Assembly (NCBI GenBank): GCA_964304625.1
Contig: OZ199839.1
Span: forward strand, 3,762,470-3,826,469
Source: Kudoa neothunni
Taxonomy: Eukaryota > Animalia > Cnidaria
DNA: 64,000 bases
Reading direction: 5' to 3'
The position numbers and the translations under genes are program-made. Below are positions 38,971 to 52,243 of the stretch, in pieces. Positions within the stretch are counted from its first letter, which is position 1. Each line of letters starts with the position of its first letter. Below the pieces are notes generated by a model. It was given only the letters and a program-made list of their open reading frames with translations, did not search any database and was not told the origin of the DNA.

Positions 38971-40582
38971 TTCTAGCTAACTACCAGTTTACTACTTTAT
39001 CATACAATATTTAGTAGGGTTTTGCTTGTATGTCTCTTAATCAAATGTCTTTCACCTATATTTTTAATGTTAGATTATGTTTAAACTAAATTTCATTCTT
39101 TAGTGATTCTACATTAAAATTATGTTACAAACCTAATTAATAATAATTAAAATTCTACCGTCACCAAGTTCTATTAGAATTTAAAATCAATCTTCAATAT
39201 GAATTTAATTCTTGCCTTAAGTAGCGTGAAATTAAATTTACATAATGCGAATTCCCAACAGTACAACCTAAGTAGAATAATCCTTAAGCTTCGTACAATA
39301 TTTAAATAATTAGACTATTTAAATAACCTCCAATTAATTTATTGGAGTAAATAAACGACGATATTCACCAAAGAAGAAAACTAAAATGTTTAACTATACA
39401 CACCTGTATCTATAATTATGTTAAAAACCCGTGATCAAAAGATGGTTGTTATATCCCTAAAATATGTTCACTAGAATCATGGCTTAATTTCTAAATGACT
39501 TTAAAGACTAGGAGTAGTTTGATCCATCATTGTTGTCGTGTTACATCTGTTTATTTTTTCTGCTTACTAGTAAATTAATAATTGGCGTTTTATAACTTAA
39601 CAACAAATAAAGTTAAATATTAAAGATAGAAAAGTTAAATTTATGAATTCAATCTCAAGCCTTCACCAGAGACAGAAGGAACACATTTAACCGTTTGAGA
39701 ACTCAGCAAACTTTTTTTACCGAAAACGTATGCCATATCACCCTTAAACTCATTTACAATCGATGAATTGTTATATTGACGTTCTTCTAAGAAAAACTCA
39801 CATAATTCGTCTGAAATCTTTACAATTTTAATGATACAGCGTGTAACAACCAAATTTAAAGCATTCAGACTGCATTTTTTCGGCATCACCGGTAGCATAT
39901 TGTTAAAAAGCGTTAAAAATTGGTTCAATGTATTAAGGATGCTCTTTTTCGGAGGAAACAGTCACAATATTGAAAACATGATAAAACTATTCGCTATTAT
40001 GAGTAATACTTTCATGCATAAATATCGCTCAATAGAAATATATTATTTTTAGTGACAGAATAATATATAGTTTTGTAAGAAAAAATACTTTCGCAAAAAT
40101 TTTGGAAATATTTTATCACGAATTTCATTAATTCAATTTTGCTATATGATAACAAGTAACAATCCATCGCTCAAGACTATACTGGTTAATTAAATAATAA
40201 TCTATATGTATTTATAAGTACGTTATATTTTATAATATTTTTTCCCCGTGTAAATAATATAATTACCTTGATGTGAATTTAATGATTTAAGATGTAGTAC
40301 TTATTATTCGAAAAATTCAGTTTATGTTGCATTTTACCAACGATGAAACTATGATACTTATATTATTTTATGTAGTTAAAAATATTAATAACTCATTTAA
40401 GCTTTAATGGAACTGTGAAGTAAAGTATACAGTACACATCGATAAATCATTATAATAGTGAGATGTTGTCATATGGTAACATTTGGTACGCATTAGTTAA
40501 TAAAATTAGTATAATAGGAAAGATAAAAACAGTATTACACATTAGAGAATCATTTTTGAAATCTTTCAGCTATTCTTTATCG

Positions 40583-41626
40583 TAGTTGTTCTTAACCTTT
40601 CTTGCTTGCCGACCCCTAATATGTTTAAATGACTTAACAAGGACCCCATTCTGTTTTACGCATAATCCGAGCATACGTATACATATCTTAGCTTAAATAA
40701 TTTATTTAATATCCCAAATTTAATTAAAATATTTATTAGGTGAATTAATTATTATGTTTTTTTTTGTTTTGATGTATATATTAAAAATTTTTAATTTTTA
40801 AGAATCAAATTATTTTAGGTATAAAAAAATTAACAACGTTGAAATTCTTCCAGTAATTTTTTTATAAATTATTAAAAATTTAAGAAAATATAGAAGATGG
40901 CGTATTCTATTCCATGCTATGATATACTAAAATAAAATATTTAATGAGATTTATTGAATTAATATATACATGTTAAAAAGTATAATCTATAGCAAAATTG
41001 TTTATGAAATCCTTTTATAATAATAGAAAAATCAATGATATGTAAAGTCTTTATTTTCGTTAATAATTTTGTTTAATAAAATAAACAGTTAACAAACGTG
41101 GAATTATTATATATTAGATTACGAATTTAATGCAAAAAACATAGTTCTTGTGTAAATAATAAACATTAAATGAATATTTAATGAAATTTTCGTTTTTTAT
41201 CAAAAAGTTCACAAAATTCTGGGGAAACATTTAAAATAGTAACACGTGTACAAGCGATTTCGTGATTTTGTTTTGATGATAACCATTATTGGGAAATCCA
41301 GTTTCGCAATAATAAGTTGTCGTAAAATGAGTAATCAGATTAATTACAGTTTGCAGCATGAACATATTTTGGAAATTTTTAATTATTATCAAATAACCTG
41401 TTGAATCTCTTTTATTTTTATAGATTTTTTTACAAATAAATTATAACACAACGAAATTTTGTAAGAAATATAAAATATTTATAAGAAAGGATAACGTAAG
41501 AGTTTAGTTCAAATTTTAATAATTTAGCTAATGTTAAAAAATACTCAATTATGATGAATGCATAATGATAAAATTGCATTCATATTTTGTTGAAATCACT
41601 CACGGACCCCGGGTTAAGGACCGCCG
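40583..41626. mobile_element. Non-autonomous hAT element
   Basis: TIRs tagttgttcttaacc / ggttaaggaccgccg (consensus CAGTGGTTCTTAACC); 8-bp TSD ctttatcg/ctttacca; same family as 51049-52243. Confidence 0.75.
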
Positions 41627-42635
41627 CTTTACCATAGGAAAAGCCGATGTCATTAAGGTAATGATATCCCCTAGGGAAGCAAATAAAGGTAGAATACCAC
41701 CTAGTTAATGGGACTTTTTTATTTGTAATTATTATTATTCCTTTTCTAGATGACATAATAAAACCATATAAAGGGGAGAAATCCTATCACCGAAAACAGT
41801 TTTGCATTACAACCATATACATTTCAAAATAATGATTATTTTTTCTTCAACATAAAATTATAGATATTTTTTCACAGTAAATAAATTGATAATGAATCTG
41901 ATTTATCGTCTGAAGTATATTTCTTTCTCATGTGTTTAATGTCAAAGAAGTCGTAGTATCATGTCAGCGTTATCATCAACAATGATTGGATGATACGGAA
42001 TCATTAAACCGTTTTTATTGCTTCCCGTTGGGACGTTTACCAGTGTCGGAAATTCCCTTGAAAGCCGATGATTTTATATTCCCATAGAAAATTCAAAATT
42101 TATGATATATCTGCTAAGCTTATACAACATATTTAAGCGATACAATTATAATAATTGCCGCTATAGCGGGCACTTCCTTACAACAAAGTTATCTCAATAA
42201 GTGACGTAGATGACCCTAATGCAATAACCGTTCATTTGATATGATAATTGTTATATATTATCATTGATGATTTGAAATATGCCTCATCGCCACACGTAAA
42301 AATATTGATCGGCGCTGCCATTAAAAATTTAATCCTAATGTAATGCATGCTCATGTTGCATCTCACAGTTCCTATTTATAGCTTACGAATCCATTCTGTT
42401 ATTTAGTTTTTAATATATAAAATTATTACTGACGTATACACATACTCTTAAATGGCAGATCATGAACAACTATTGTAGAAACTAACACAGAATTAAATTT
42501 GTAGGGAATAAACACTCCTCAAGAATTATGAAATGATATCTATCTTAGGCGAACTGCTACGCTTATAAAATCGGGAAAGATTAAAGAGAAGAAACAGTAA
42601 ACGAACTCAAGTGAAAGTGTGTTAGAATATGTGAG

Positions 42636-44129
42636 TTATTCTTTAGGATGATCCTCATCGCACATGGGCTTAACGTACTCAGAGTTAATATAACGAACCA
42701 CATGATTTTTGGCGTCGCTAATCAACTCCATTACAGCCTCTTTGCATGGTCCAACCGTGGAATCGAACAACAGACCAATACCGCATGTGAGGGCCCAATA
42801 AGAGACTTGTATATTATTGGTGCTTACCCAGAGCTTTGATTCTGAAATGGCTAACTTGCTATGCCATAATTTAGCATACGGAATATTTGGAAGGGATTTG
42901 TTTTTGATGTCGAAAAGCCACTATGACATCAACAGACATTATTTCCAACAAAAAATTCAAACTTTTACAATTTTCAAATCCAAACCAATGGCCAAATGAT
43001 GAAGACTTTCTTTGTAGAAATACACTTTTTAAACAGTGTTCATCAACAATAACGTTGACCTTAACGCCTCGTTCAGTTATCGCGGCTCTAATTGCTGCTT
43101 GAACTTCACGATCAAAACTAACTTGAATTTATTTGGTTATTTAACATCAACAAACTTTACATCCTAGGTTCTGAAAACGTATCCTCGGTGGAGTAAACAT
43201 ATGTAGTGATGTACAGTTCTTTTTGGGCTGTATTAATAACATCCAATATGGCGCATTTATCACTCCTAGTTCCAGTGGTATTTGATATAATGCTAGGACT
43301 AGATGAAACTGTGACTGGTAATGAGGTGAGACTCTCGACTCTTTTGTAAGCAAACGAATCACCACATCTCTCCTGTAAGTTGGCGAAAAAGTTATCAGTC
43401 GATGACAGCTTACACGTCCTCCAAATAGATGGCATTTAGTTGTGGCATTACGTAAGAAGTGTCTTCTCCAGCAATACCAGATTCAACAATCTAGGGGTTA
43501 TCGAAAATCAAATTACAGCACATGTAATTCATCACTTCTGTGTAGGATCTCCAATCCATATTGGAACTTCCCAACGTAGAATAATTCGTCATCGATGATC
43601 CACAGTTTTGTGTGGCATATACCACCCACATAGCCAGGAGTTTTATGTGACATATCAACAAATCCGATACTTACGTTGTCAGGGTATTGACTTTGTAGAT
43701 CACTCATATCATCGTCATCCATTCCTGGTCTCTTCACATTGGCCAAAAGATGTATCTTAACCCCTAATGGTATGAAATAGAAACCGAAACCAATCACGCT
43801 TCAGTATCAACCTCGTTTGGGCTGCCTCTTCCAGTTGGTTGTAGACCTCCTCTCCGACGTTAGCAGTTGGAAAAGGACCATCCCCAACATCCTTTCCTCT
43901 TAGGGTGAAATAAAAGCTGATTGCTTTTATACTCTTTTTTGCTTTCTTTACCATTTCAATCACTTTACTCCCCAGTGGTTTGAGAAAACTTGGTTCCAGC
44001 AGGGAAATGACAATCCGACGGAATGCTTTCAACAAATTCAAATTTGCTTTTATGCATCATTGTTTCTACATATTGGAACATTCTCGTGAAAATTATGGCT
44101 CAATTACCTATAACATCAATATGCTCCAT
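42636..44129 (-). CDS. PLD3: PLD3/PLD4-family 5'-3' exonuclease (two HKD-type motifs); four +1 frameshifts as assembled
   Basis: FVESIP, SFYFTL, GGICHTKLWIIDD..FYVGSSNMDWRS, VSSSP, AIRAAITERGVKV, IPYAKLWHSKLAISE..WVSTNN. Six short GT-AG introns. May be a pseudogene or an assembly-error allele. Confidence 0.85.
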
Positions 44130-44944
44130 CTCAACCTGACTCACAGTTAGTAATTAACTTAAAATCCAATATTAGCGATTAGCGGCCCTCACAAAATTAA
44201 ACGCTACTTACCGATTCGTTATCTGTACCGGGTTCACTGACAGGAATTAACTTATATTATTATTTAAATGTAAAAAAATTGTTCGATAATACTTTTATTG
44301 AAATAAATTCAAAAAATTTAAAAACCTATAGCTTAAAATTAAACATGAATACATTTTAAAAGAAAGCCAACGTAACATTATTTAAAAATAAATTAATATT
44401 ATTATCATTGGAGATAATATTTTATTTTTTCATTGATGAATATTGTGAACAAAGACTTTTAATCCAAACAAATATTAAATTTGGACATGATTATATAGAT
44501 TCAACAGAATTAATACATTTTAACACCAGAAATATTGCATGGTGGAGATATAATGAGGAAATAGATTTAGAGATTATCGAAAGCGTTAAAGAATATGGAT
44601 TCCAACACAATGAGTGCTGAGTCATCAACTTTTTAATGTAGCCGCCATTACCTCTGCATTAAACGATTACAAGTATTAGATAATAAATCGTAAACATGAA
44701 CGATGAAGTTAGGTATTTCTATGAGTGTGGTTGTCAGTTTCGGTTAGTCCTCTTTTCGATTAAGTTATTAAACATTTTCTAAATAGTTTAAAAAAATTAA
44801 TTTTTTAAAAATGATATTTCTCCGATAATCTTTGACCCATAATTTTTCTTGATGATTTACAATTAAATAAATAAGAAAAATATTATAGCTTTCTTGAGCA
44901 CTATACAGCAATCAAGATATAGATTGTAAATTTATTTATCCATA

Positions 44945-46147
44945 CAGTGGGTGACGACTCGTTCGCACTACCACACGTGGCACCTGCCATGATTTAATGG
45001 CTTACACAATACTGTTAATAATTAAAATGAATAGAATAAAATCACAACAATTAATAGTAAATTATTAAAATCTTAGCTTTTATTTTAATTCGTTGTAAAT
45101 AAGAATTAGCTCAAGTTTACGACTCGTGGGAACTGGATGGGTCCGTGGGCACTTGAAGAGAACTAAGCTGTTTCGTTCTTTGAAAGATAGAGTGGATATA
45201 ATGTCATATTATGAAAGAATATCGAATGGGGGAAACAGATAAACTAAAACTCTCAATTATTTTAACTTAAAATATCTATCCTCTTTAAATAGGATTTTGG
45301 GTAATAAAGAATCTATTATGAAGTCTCATAATGGAATATAAATTACAAATTACCACAAAACATTTAAAAAATTTACTATTTCTATGAATGATGCTCTAAT
45401 GTATTTGAGCAAAATATACAAATTTTTCATAAAATGAGGTTATCAAATGTTATCTACGGTCATAGATATAGAAACGACGATTTACGATTCAAGAGTGTCA
45501 GAGCTTTACCAGTAAAATATTAATAACTTTTTCAAAGAAAAATCAAACTAATAAGTATAATAAAAAAATTTTAGTTATATTTTATTGAGTATATTAATTA
45601 ATTTTATGAAATTATGCATATCAATATATATTACATTTATCTTGATTATTAACTCTTACTTCTCTTGAGTACAGAAAATAATTTATTTGTTACACAACAC
45701 TTCCTTAAGATGTAATAATTCATTAAGAAAGTTTTCTGCATGTTTTTATTTAAAATTGTCCGAACCTTATGATGAATATAAAAAAATAATTTTGATTATA
45801 ATAAAATTGGATGTATGATTTCCATTTATTTTTTTTAATTCATGTTGACAAAAATCGTTAGTATTATCATCACGTCTAAATGGTTTGTTTCTACAAATTA
45901 AAGTCAAGGATTGACTAGATTAATCACATTTAACCTTTACATCATTGTTATAAAAAATTCGTTTTTATTAATATACGTTTGAATATAAATGCAAACATAG
46001 TGATAAATAAGAGAGACTAAATTGCAAGAGCCCCACATTAAAATTTTGCATTGTTCGCATGCGTCATGACTTCTTGAGGGCATTTGACAGGTTGTGGACA
46101 CCTCGAACCAAATTCCCATCTTAGTGCCCACGACCCGTCATCTACTG
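44945..46147. mobile_element. Tc1/mariner-type non-autonomous element
   Basis: TA-CAGTGGGTGACGACTCGTTCGCACTA ... TAGTGCCCACGACCCGTCATCTACTG-TA. Internal direct copies of the TIR core lie at ~45119 and ~45140 (IR/DR-like). Confidence 0.7.
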
Positions 46148-46487
46148 TATTGATAAAAGTGTCGCTGTAGATTTTATTTTACGTTCATGCCACGAATTTA
46201 TTTCTATGACATAATCTGTTTTTAAATGAGACTTTAAACAAATTTTCATTGACTTCATATACTAGTGTTTCTTATAAATGAAACAAATACAATTGCTATC
46301 ATTATCAAAGGTATTAAGGATGGATGGAGCACAATAAAATTTCAAAACTTGGTCTTAAAATATAATAAAATCTAATGTTTATATTAACCAATGAACCTTA
46401 ATGCGTTAAAGTTTAAAAATTTCTCTTTGATTTGATAATAGTTTATAATTATTTGTTCAACGGAATTCCCCGTCGGGTAAGATTATT

Positions 46488-46559
46488 GGCTTGGTGGTCT
46501 AGCGGTATGATTCTCGCTTCGGGTGCGAGAGGTCCCGGGTTCAATTCCCGGCCAGGCCC
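46488..46559 (+). tRNA. tRNA-Pro (anticodon CGG)
   Basis: GGCTTGGTGGTCTAGCGGTATGATTCTCGCTTCGGGTGCGAGAGGTCCCGGGTTCAATTCCCGGCCAGGCCC: canonical 72-nt cloverleaf. Confidence 0.97.
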
Positions 46560-46989
46560 GTTGGAATCCCGACTTTTGTACATTCGAAGCCAAGACATGG
46601 GCCTGTGTCATCACCAGTTCCTCTGTGTACAGACAAGACGGGGATGGAGGAGGGGTCGTGTGGGCTTAGCGTTTCAACGGTGGCTACTTCTGTGATCGAC
46701 ACGTTGTTATTGTTTATGTTTATTGGAGTAATCTGGAGAGCTTTTCTAAGTTAGGAAACATTGATTTCTTCAGCTGCCTTATAGTGTAACATTATTACCA
46801 ACTTATGGAATGACTGGTTTCGAAAGAGAATTAATTAATAATCTGATTAAAGTTCAGTTTTTTATCATTCGGTAAAAAATCGCAATCCTTTCGTTAATTC
46901 ACGTACAAAAATTCTTGTAATTTTCGTATATGGATTTCATTATTTCCCTAAACTTCTACAATATTTTTATTAAACATTATTATTAGAAA

Positions 46990-47310
46990 TATTTTATATA
47001 TTCGTATGCCACATAGAAGATGCTTTCACAACTGATCGCGTCACAGCCGTATGCATTGATAGAGGCTCCAATACTCACATTGATGGATTGCCTAGCTATG
47101 ATTTTCTAAATTAATTAAATTAGAGTTACACACGCGAAACATCGGTTTGTAATAGAAAGATCTCATTTTCCCGCATGTATAAAAATCAAATCGAATGAAT
47201 ATCAAGCGCATTTAGACGAAGTATCCTTCCGTGACAAATGAAACGGTGGAAGGTAATGGTGATATACAAGATTAAATATTCATTTAAGAGGCGTTGCAGA
47301 AGTACCGTAA
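46990..47310 (+). mobile_element. Merlin transposase remnant
   Basis: Fragments RGSNTHIDGLPSY, VTHAKHRFV and YQAHLDEVSFR resemble the Merlin motifs PGS.IHTD.W.SY, VNHS..FV and YLDEF.WR. Confidence 0.45.
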
Positions 47311-47421
47311 GTGTCTACGCGTGTTAATCTAAAAGACATAAATTTCGCAATAATACTGATTTATTTTGTGCGATTAGTTTTTACTAGTTGAGTTTTGGTA
47401 ACTTAGACGCTGATACAAATA

Positions 47422-47560
47422 CAGTCGAACCTCGACTATCCGGAAATCGCACTATCCAGAAGAAATTTCAATTTTTATTTGGACATTATTGACACTACAT
47501 GTCGATAAAATGTTCGATTATCCGGAAGCGGAGGAGAACTATTTAATCATATTTCCGGAT
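47422..47560 (+). mobile_element. Solo left end of a pogo/Tigger-like element
   Basis: TA-CAGTCGAACCTCGACTATCCGGA with repeated TATCCGGA motifs; no matching right end was found. Confidence 0.45.
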
Positions 47561-47899
47561 GAACGTAACACCCATCACCATACGACATACACACTGTAGC
47601 ACATATACCAATGCAATATTTAAAACAACAATATTTCTAAGCTATTTATTAATAAATCTTTCTTTTAAAGCTTAAGTTAAGCATTCAGTTCTTCTATAAA
47701 TTTTTACTGTACCTGAACACATGCCTGTATGTATATTAAACAAAAATTAATTATCGAATATTTAAAAAAATGGGTAACTCCTCTGTAGACGAGTAAAAAC
47801 TGCCATAATTACATACTGTTTTTCCTTTAAGTCTCCATATTCTTGGTTAAAAGGTACATTAACATTTTTAATTCAGTGACTGAATAAAAACTTTGGGCA

Positions 47900-48300
47900 C
47901 ATTACGCTTAATTATGAATAATTTTATACAAAATATCCAAAAATTAAAAGGATACACACATGGTGCCGAATGATAACATTGCGAAGCTGTAATATTCCAA
48001 TATGCGGGAGCGCAAATGAGCGTGTTTTGGTGTTAACCAATTTATTACTCTTCCACCACCATCATAAATGAAATATTTAATTATTTATTACAATTTCAAT
48101 AGTCTAAAAACAGTTTTTTTATTGAGGTACAAATGGACGTTAAGCTCAATGCAAATTTGTTCAAATAATCTATCGTTGAAGAATTGTTGGAAATAGGTGG
48201 ATGGTTCAAATAAGGTATTTTCAATTTGTTCAAAAATATCCATTGTTTCAATATCTTTGTTTATTAAATTTTTCGCGTTCATTGTCTAATTTGAACGGTA
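47900..48300 (-). mobile_element. piggyBac transposase N-terminal fragment
   Basis: ORF 48088-48282 contains PSTYFQQFFNDRLFEQICIELN, matching the piggyBac P..YF..FF...L...I..ETN motif. Confidence 0.6.
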
Positions 48301-48547
48301 GTCATCTTCCTCCTCATCACTATAACAGTATTCGGATACAATACCATCATATTGACTATATAAAATGGAATCCGATTTCAATCCAACGTCTGATTTATGC
48401 CCACCTGTTAATAACATGATTTTTTAACAAGTCTGCTCTATTTATTCCTTTACTCAATCTGGTCAGAATCCATTCTAAAGGAAATAAACACACTCAAATA
48501 GAGGGTCGAATTTTGCCATGTGACAGCGCTCCCTATACCCGGCAGCC

Positions 48548-50273
48548 CATTGGTGGGCAAATTGCGGCCAAGTTTAGAAGGCTAAAAAATTGCGGGAGCA
48601 TACACGATTTTCACAATCTATTAACACCAAAATAGCGTTTTCCTTCCATAAACCAATTAAAAAATAACTTGCTGACAAATATTTTAGATTTATAATCGTT
48701 AATTTTATGCGATTCAGTTATCCCAATTTGAAAGTTTACCTACGCTTGCAACCCTACCTGTGATCATCACGTGTAATAATGATCAGGGTAACGTTTTGTA
48801 CGCGCTTAAAACAATATAACAGGTTAATAACTTGGGACAAAATTTGTACGTGAGATTTGATTGAAACAAAAAGAATCTAAAATTAACTAAATATTAAAAA
48901 TCATGAGCATGTGATATTCATCTAAATTAGAAGTTTAACGCAATAAGAACCATTCTCATACTTTTCATTACAAACGGTGCATTAACGATAAAATTATTTA
49001 TTGCTATATTTAAATAGTATATAGTCGATGTAATTTGTATACTTTTTTAGATATCCTTAGATTTTGAACCATAAATGTTTATAATAGAGGTATATCAAAA
49101 TTTATCAGCTTAATGTAAGAATAGTTTTTTATTTATCTTTATAATTTTCTCGAATGATAATGCGCTCAAAATTTCCTTTATTAATCGTCGTTTGTTGACA
49201 TCACATGGCTGTACAATTAAACATAAATGCCCCCCCCCCGAAAGCGTATAATTAATGATGAAAACCATTGTGATTTTAATGATGATTGGACTTAAGAATA
49301 TCTCTCCACGCATTCAATGAATAAAATGATCTGTTGGCTCTGTCTCGAATCAGTCCCTGTATTAAAGGAATATAATTTGAAGCGGAAGCACCAAATGAAA
49401 CGTAGAGAATTCAGTGAGAAAACCAACGATAAAAATAGAGAACAAACGGTCTTGAAAATACTTTTTAAGTTATTAAAAGCAACACCAATCATTCAGAGTT
49501 AAAACCTTATGATAAATATTTCTTTTATTTGTTGATATAAATAAGTGAAATTGAATGAAATAATTAAGGGTAACAAATAATAATTTATGATAACCTTTTT
49601 TGGGTGGAATTTTCATTCCAACCAATCATTTTACAAAATCTTAAAAATATGGATATTACATTGATAATTACCAAAAATTACGACTTTTGGAATTTCAAGC
49701 TATTTATATTATACTCTGGAATTGAAATATTTTGTAATAAATTTAAAGGAAATTATTTCTATGCGTTGGTGATATTTAGTTCAATAAATTTGGTGTAATC
49801 TGAAATATCATAAATGTAATTTTTTGGATAGCTCTATTATATTCATATTTAAACTTAAACCTCTTTTAGAATATAATATGTTATGTTTAAAACAAACATG
49901 AAATAATTCTATCAGAGTCATTGTTTAAATATTTTATGTGTATTTAACGAGTATTATTAAATTTCCATAACTATAATTAAAATTGAAGTTTAATGAGTAT
50001 AAAGCCTATTATTTCAATCGTTACTTACAATAGTACACCAATCACAAAATTTCTATATTTTAAAAAATCTTTTTAATTCCTTATTAAGTTTTTCTAATTG
50101 GAAATATTTTTAAATTAATTTATGTACTTACTTTTTTTATTATACGAAAAATGTTAGAAAAGCCACCAACAGGTATTTACATTCTCAAAAAATGGGTAGT
50201 CAACAATGCAATCCTCCAAGCTTCTGTAATGCGCTAATGTGACCCGCACCCTTACAAGTTGTGCCCACCACTG
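48548..50273 (+). mobile_element. Internally deleted hAT (Buster/Charlie/SPIN-type) element
   Basis: TIRs cattggtgggca / tgcccaccactg; 8-bp TSD cggcagcc/cggtaggc. ORF 49317 has CWLCLESVPVLKEYNLKR, the zinc-finger motif CLIC....V.KEYN.KRH. Confidence 0.8.
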
Positions 50274-50655
50274 CGGTAGGCCAGTGTTGCCAAATGGTAA
50301 CATGGATTAATTAGTCACTATAATATGCATGTTATAGCATATTTTCTTCTTATATCCATTTTTAGAATAAACTTATTTAATAATATATGTGTGTATTTTT
50401 TAGTTTTATTGAAACCTCAAAATTCTAAGTTCAATTGTAGGATACTGTTAACCTTTTTTATATTTTCCGTAGAGTTTGATATTTATCTGTATTGGTCTTG
50501 ATATTAAACATAAAAATTTTTATAATTCATTTTTATAAAATAAGATACAATGAACATTAACTATATTATTATAGTAAAGATATATTTAAACGTAATCAAA
50601 TGGTTAAAACATTATTTTTATTAGAAAAGCTATGGAGTCACACCTACCTTCAAAT

Positions 50656-52243
50656 CAGTTATTCTTTACTTTTCTTGCTTACGGAGTCCTAATGTGTTCA
50701 ATGGACTTATCTAAGACCTTAATTTGTTTTAATGAAAAATCCAGACATACATATAAATATTTTAACTTACGTTATACATATAATACCCCTAATTTTAAAA
50801 AGTAATTTTCATGTTAGTTAATTAAGGATAAGTTTTGTTTTTAACTATATATTAACAATTTTTAATTGCAAAAAAAAGAATTATTTTGAGTGTTAAAAAA
50901 ATCAACAACGTTGAAATCCTTCGCAGTAATCATTTTGGAAATTATTTAAACTCTATTCAAGTGTATACAATGATGTATAATATTTTAAAATTAAAAATTA
51001 AATGAAATTTGTTCGATTAATCAATATACATGATTAAACGTTTTAAAGCAGTGGTTCTTAACCTTTCTTCCTTGCGAACTCCTAATGTGTTCAATGGACT
51101 TACCACGGACGTCATTTTGTTTAATGCGTAATCCAATCATACATGAAAGTATTGTATTCCTATGATTCACCTTAGCGGGCAGATTAACAAAGGTTTTAAA
51201 TTGCTTATTTTTAAACAAATGCAATTTAAATTGTATATTATTTTAATATTAGTTTACCTTAAAAAATTATCAATGAGAACGAAAAAATTTAAATACGAAA
51301 GGATTAAATTATTTATCAAATATCTCGAATTTTTTGAAAACATTCATCACGTATATCAAATATATAATTGTTTTACTTTAAGATACATACTAAAAATTTT
51401 TAATCTCTCCGGCAAATTATTTTTGGCATTCAAACAAATAATTCACAACTACGAAATCTTTCCAAATAATTTTGTTAGAAATTCTTAATATACTAACTAA
51501 GCAAAAATAATGACATATAATATTTTAAAATAAAAAACTTAATGTAATTTGTTGAATTATTATATATACACTTGTGAATGTTTAAAAGTAAAATCCATAA
51601 AAAATTCTAAATGACAAATGCTCTTATAATCGAAAAATTTTCGCTGTATAAATTCTCTATTTTCACTAATTATTGGGTTTATTAGAATAAAAAGTGAACA
51701 AACGAGGAATTGTAATACAATAGAATGCGAGATTGATGCAGAAACCCTCTTTTTTATATAAACAATAGACATTAAAAGAATTTTTAGTGAGATTATTTTA
51801 GTTGCTTTTTATCAATAGATTCACAGAATTCTGACCACTTATTTAAAGAGAAACACGCACAAAATCGATTTTTTGACTTGGTTGTTATGGTAACCAACTT
51901 GGAAAATCTAGATTCGCAAAAATACGCTGTTGTAAAAGGATTAATCATTCTAATCACATAGTCTGCAACGTTAGGAATATTTGTTGGAAAATTTCCCCTT
52001 TTATCAAATGAAGTACTAAATACTTTTGTTTTTATAGGCTATTTTACAAAATAAATGACAACAGAAGGAAATACTATAATAAACACAAATTATTAATAAG
52101 AAGCGAAGCATGGATATATCTGAAATTTTTAATAATTACATTAATATTAAAAAATGCCTAATTATAATTAATGTATGCTGATAAAATTGGATTACAACTT
52201 TATCGGAATCAGGGGGGCATGAAATACAGATTAAGAATCGCTC
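50656..52243. mobile_element. Tandem hAT non-autonomous copies: truncated 50656-51048 plus complete 51049-52243
   Basis: CAGTGGTTCTTAACC at 51049 and gattaagaatcgctc ending at 52243; TSD ttttaaag/ctttaaat. The sequence cctaatgtgttcaatggactta is shared by both copies. Confidence 0.75.

Noticed and set aside
43410-43975. Euplotes-style stop-dependent +1 frameshifting as the explanation for the PLD3/AKR shifts
   Set aside because: Only some shifts sit near a stop, the one within the HKD motif does not, and there is no shared AAA-TAR motif.
44408-44620. 70-aa ORF upstream of the PLD3-like gene
   Set aside because: Non-ATG start, with no recognisable motif or splice structure.
46585-46632. Minus-strand resemblance to the 28S sarcin-ricin region (gtac..agaggaac)
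   Set aside because: Short and gapped, with no flanking rRNA similarity.
46432-46695. 87-aa ORF overlapping tRNA-Pro
   Set aside because: A by-product of GC-rich RNA sequence; no protein features.
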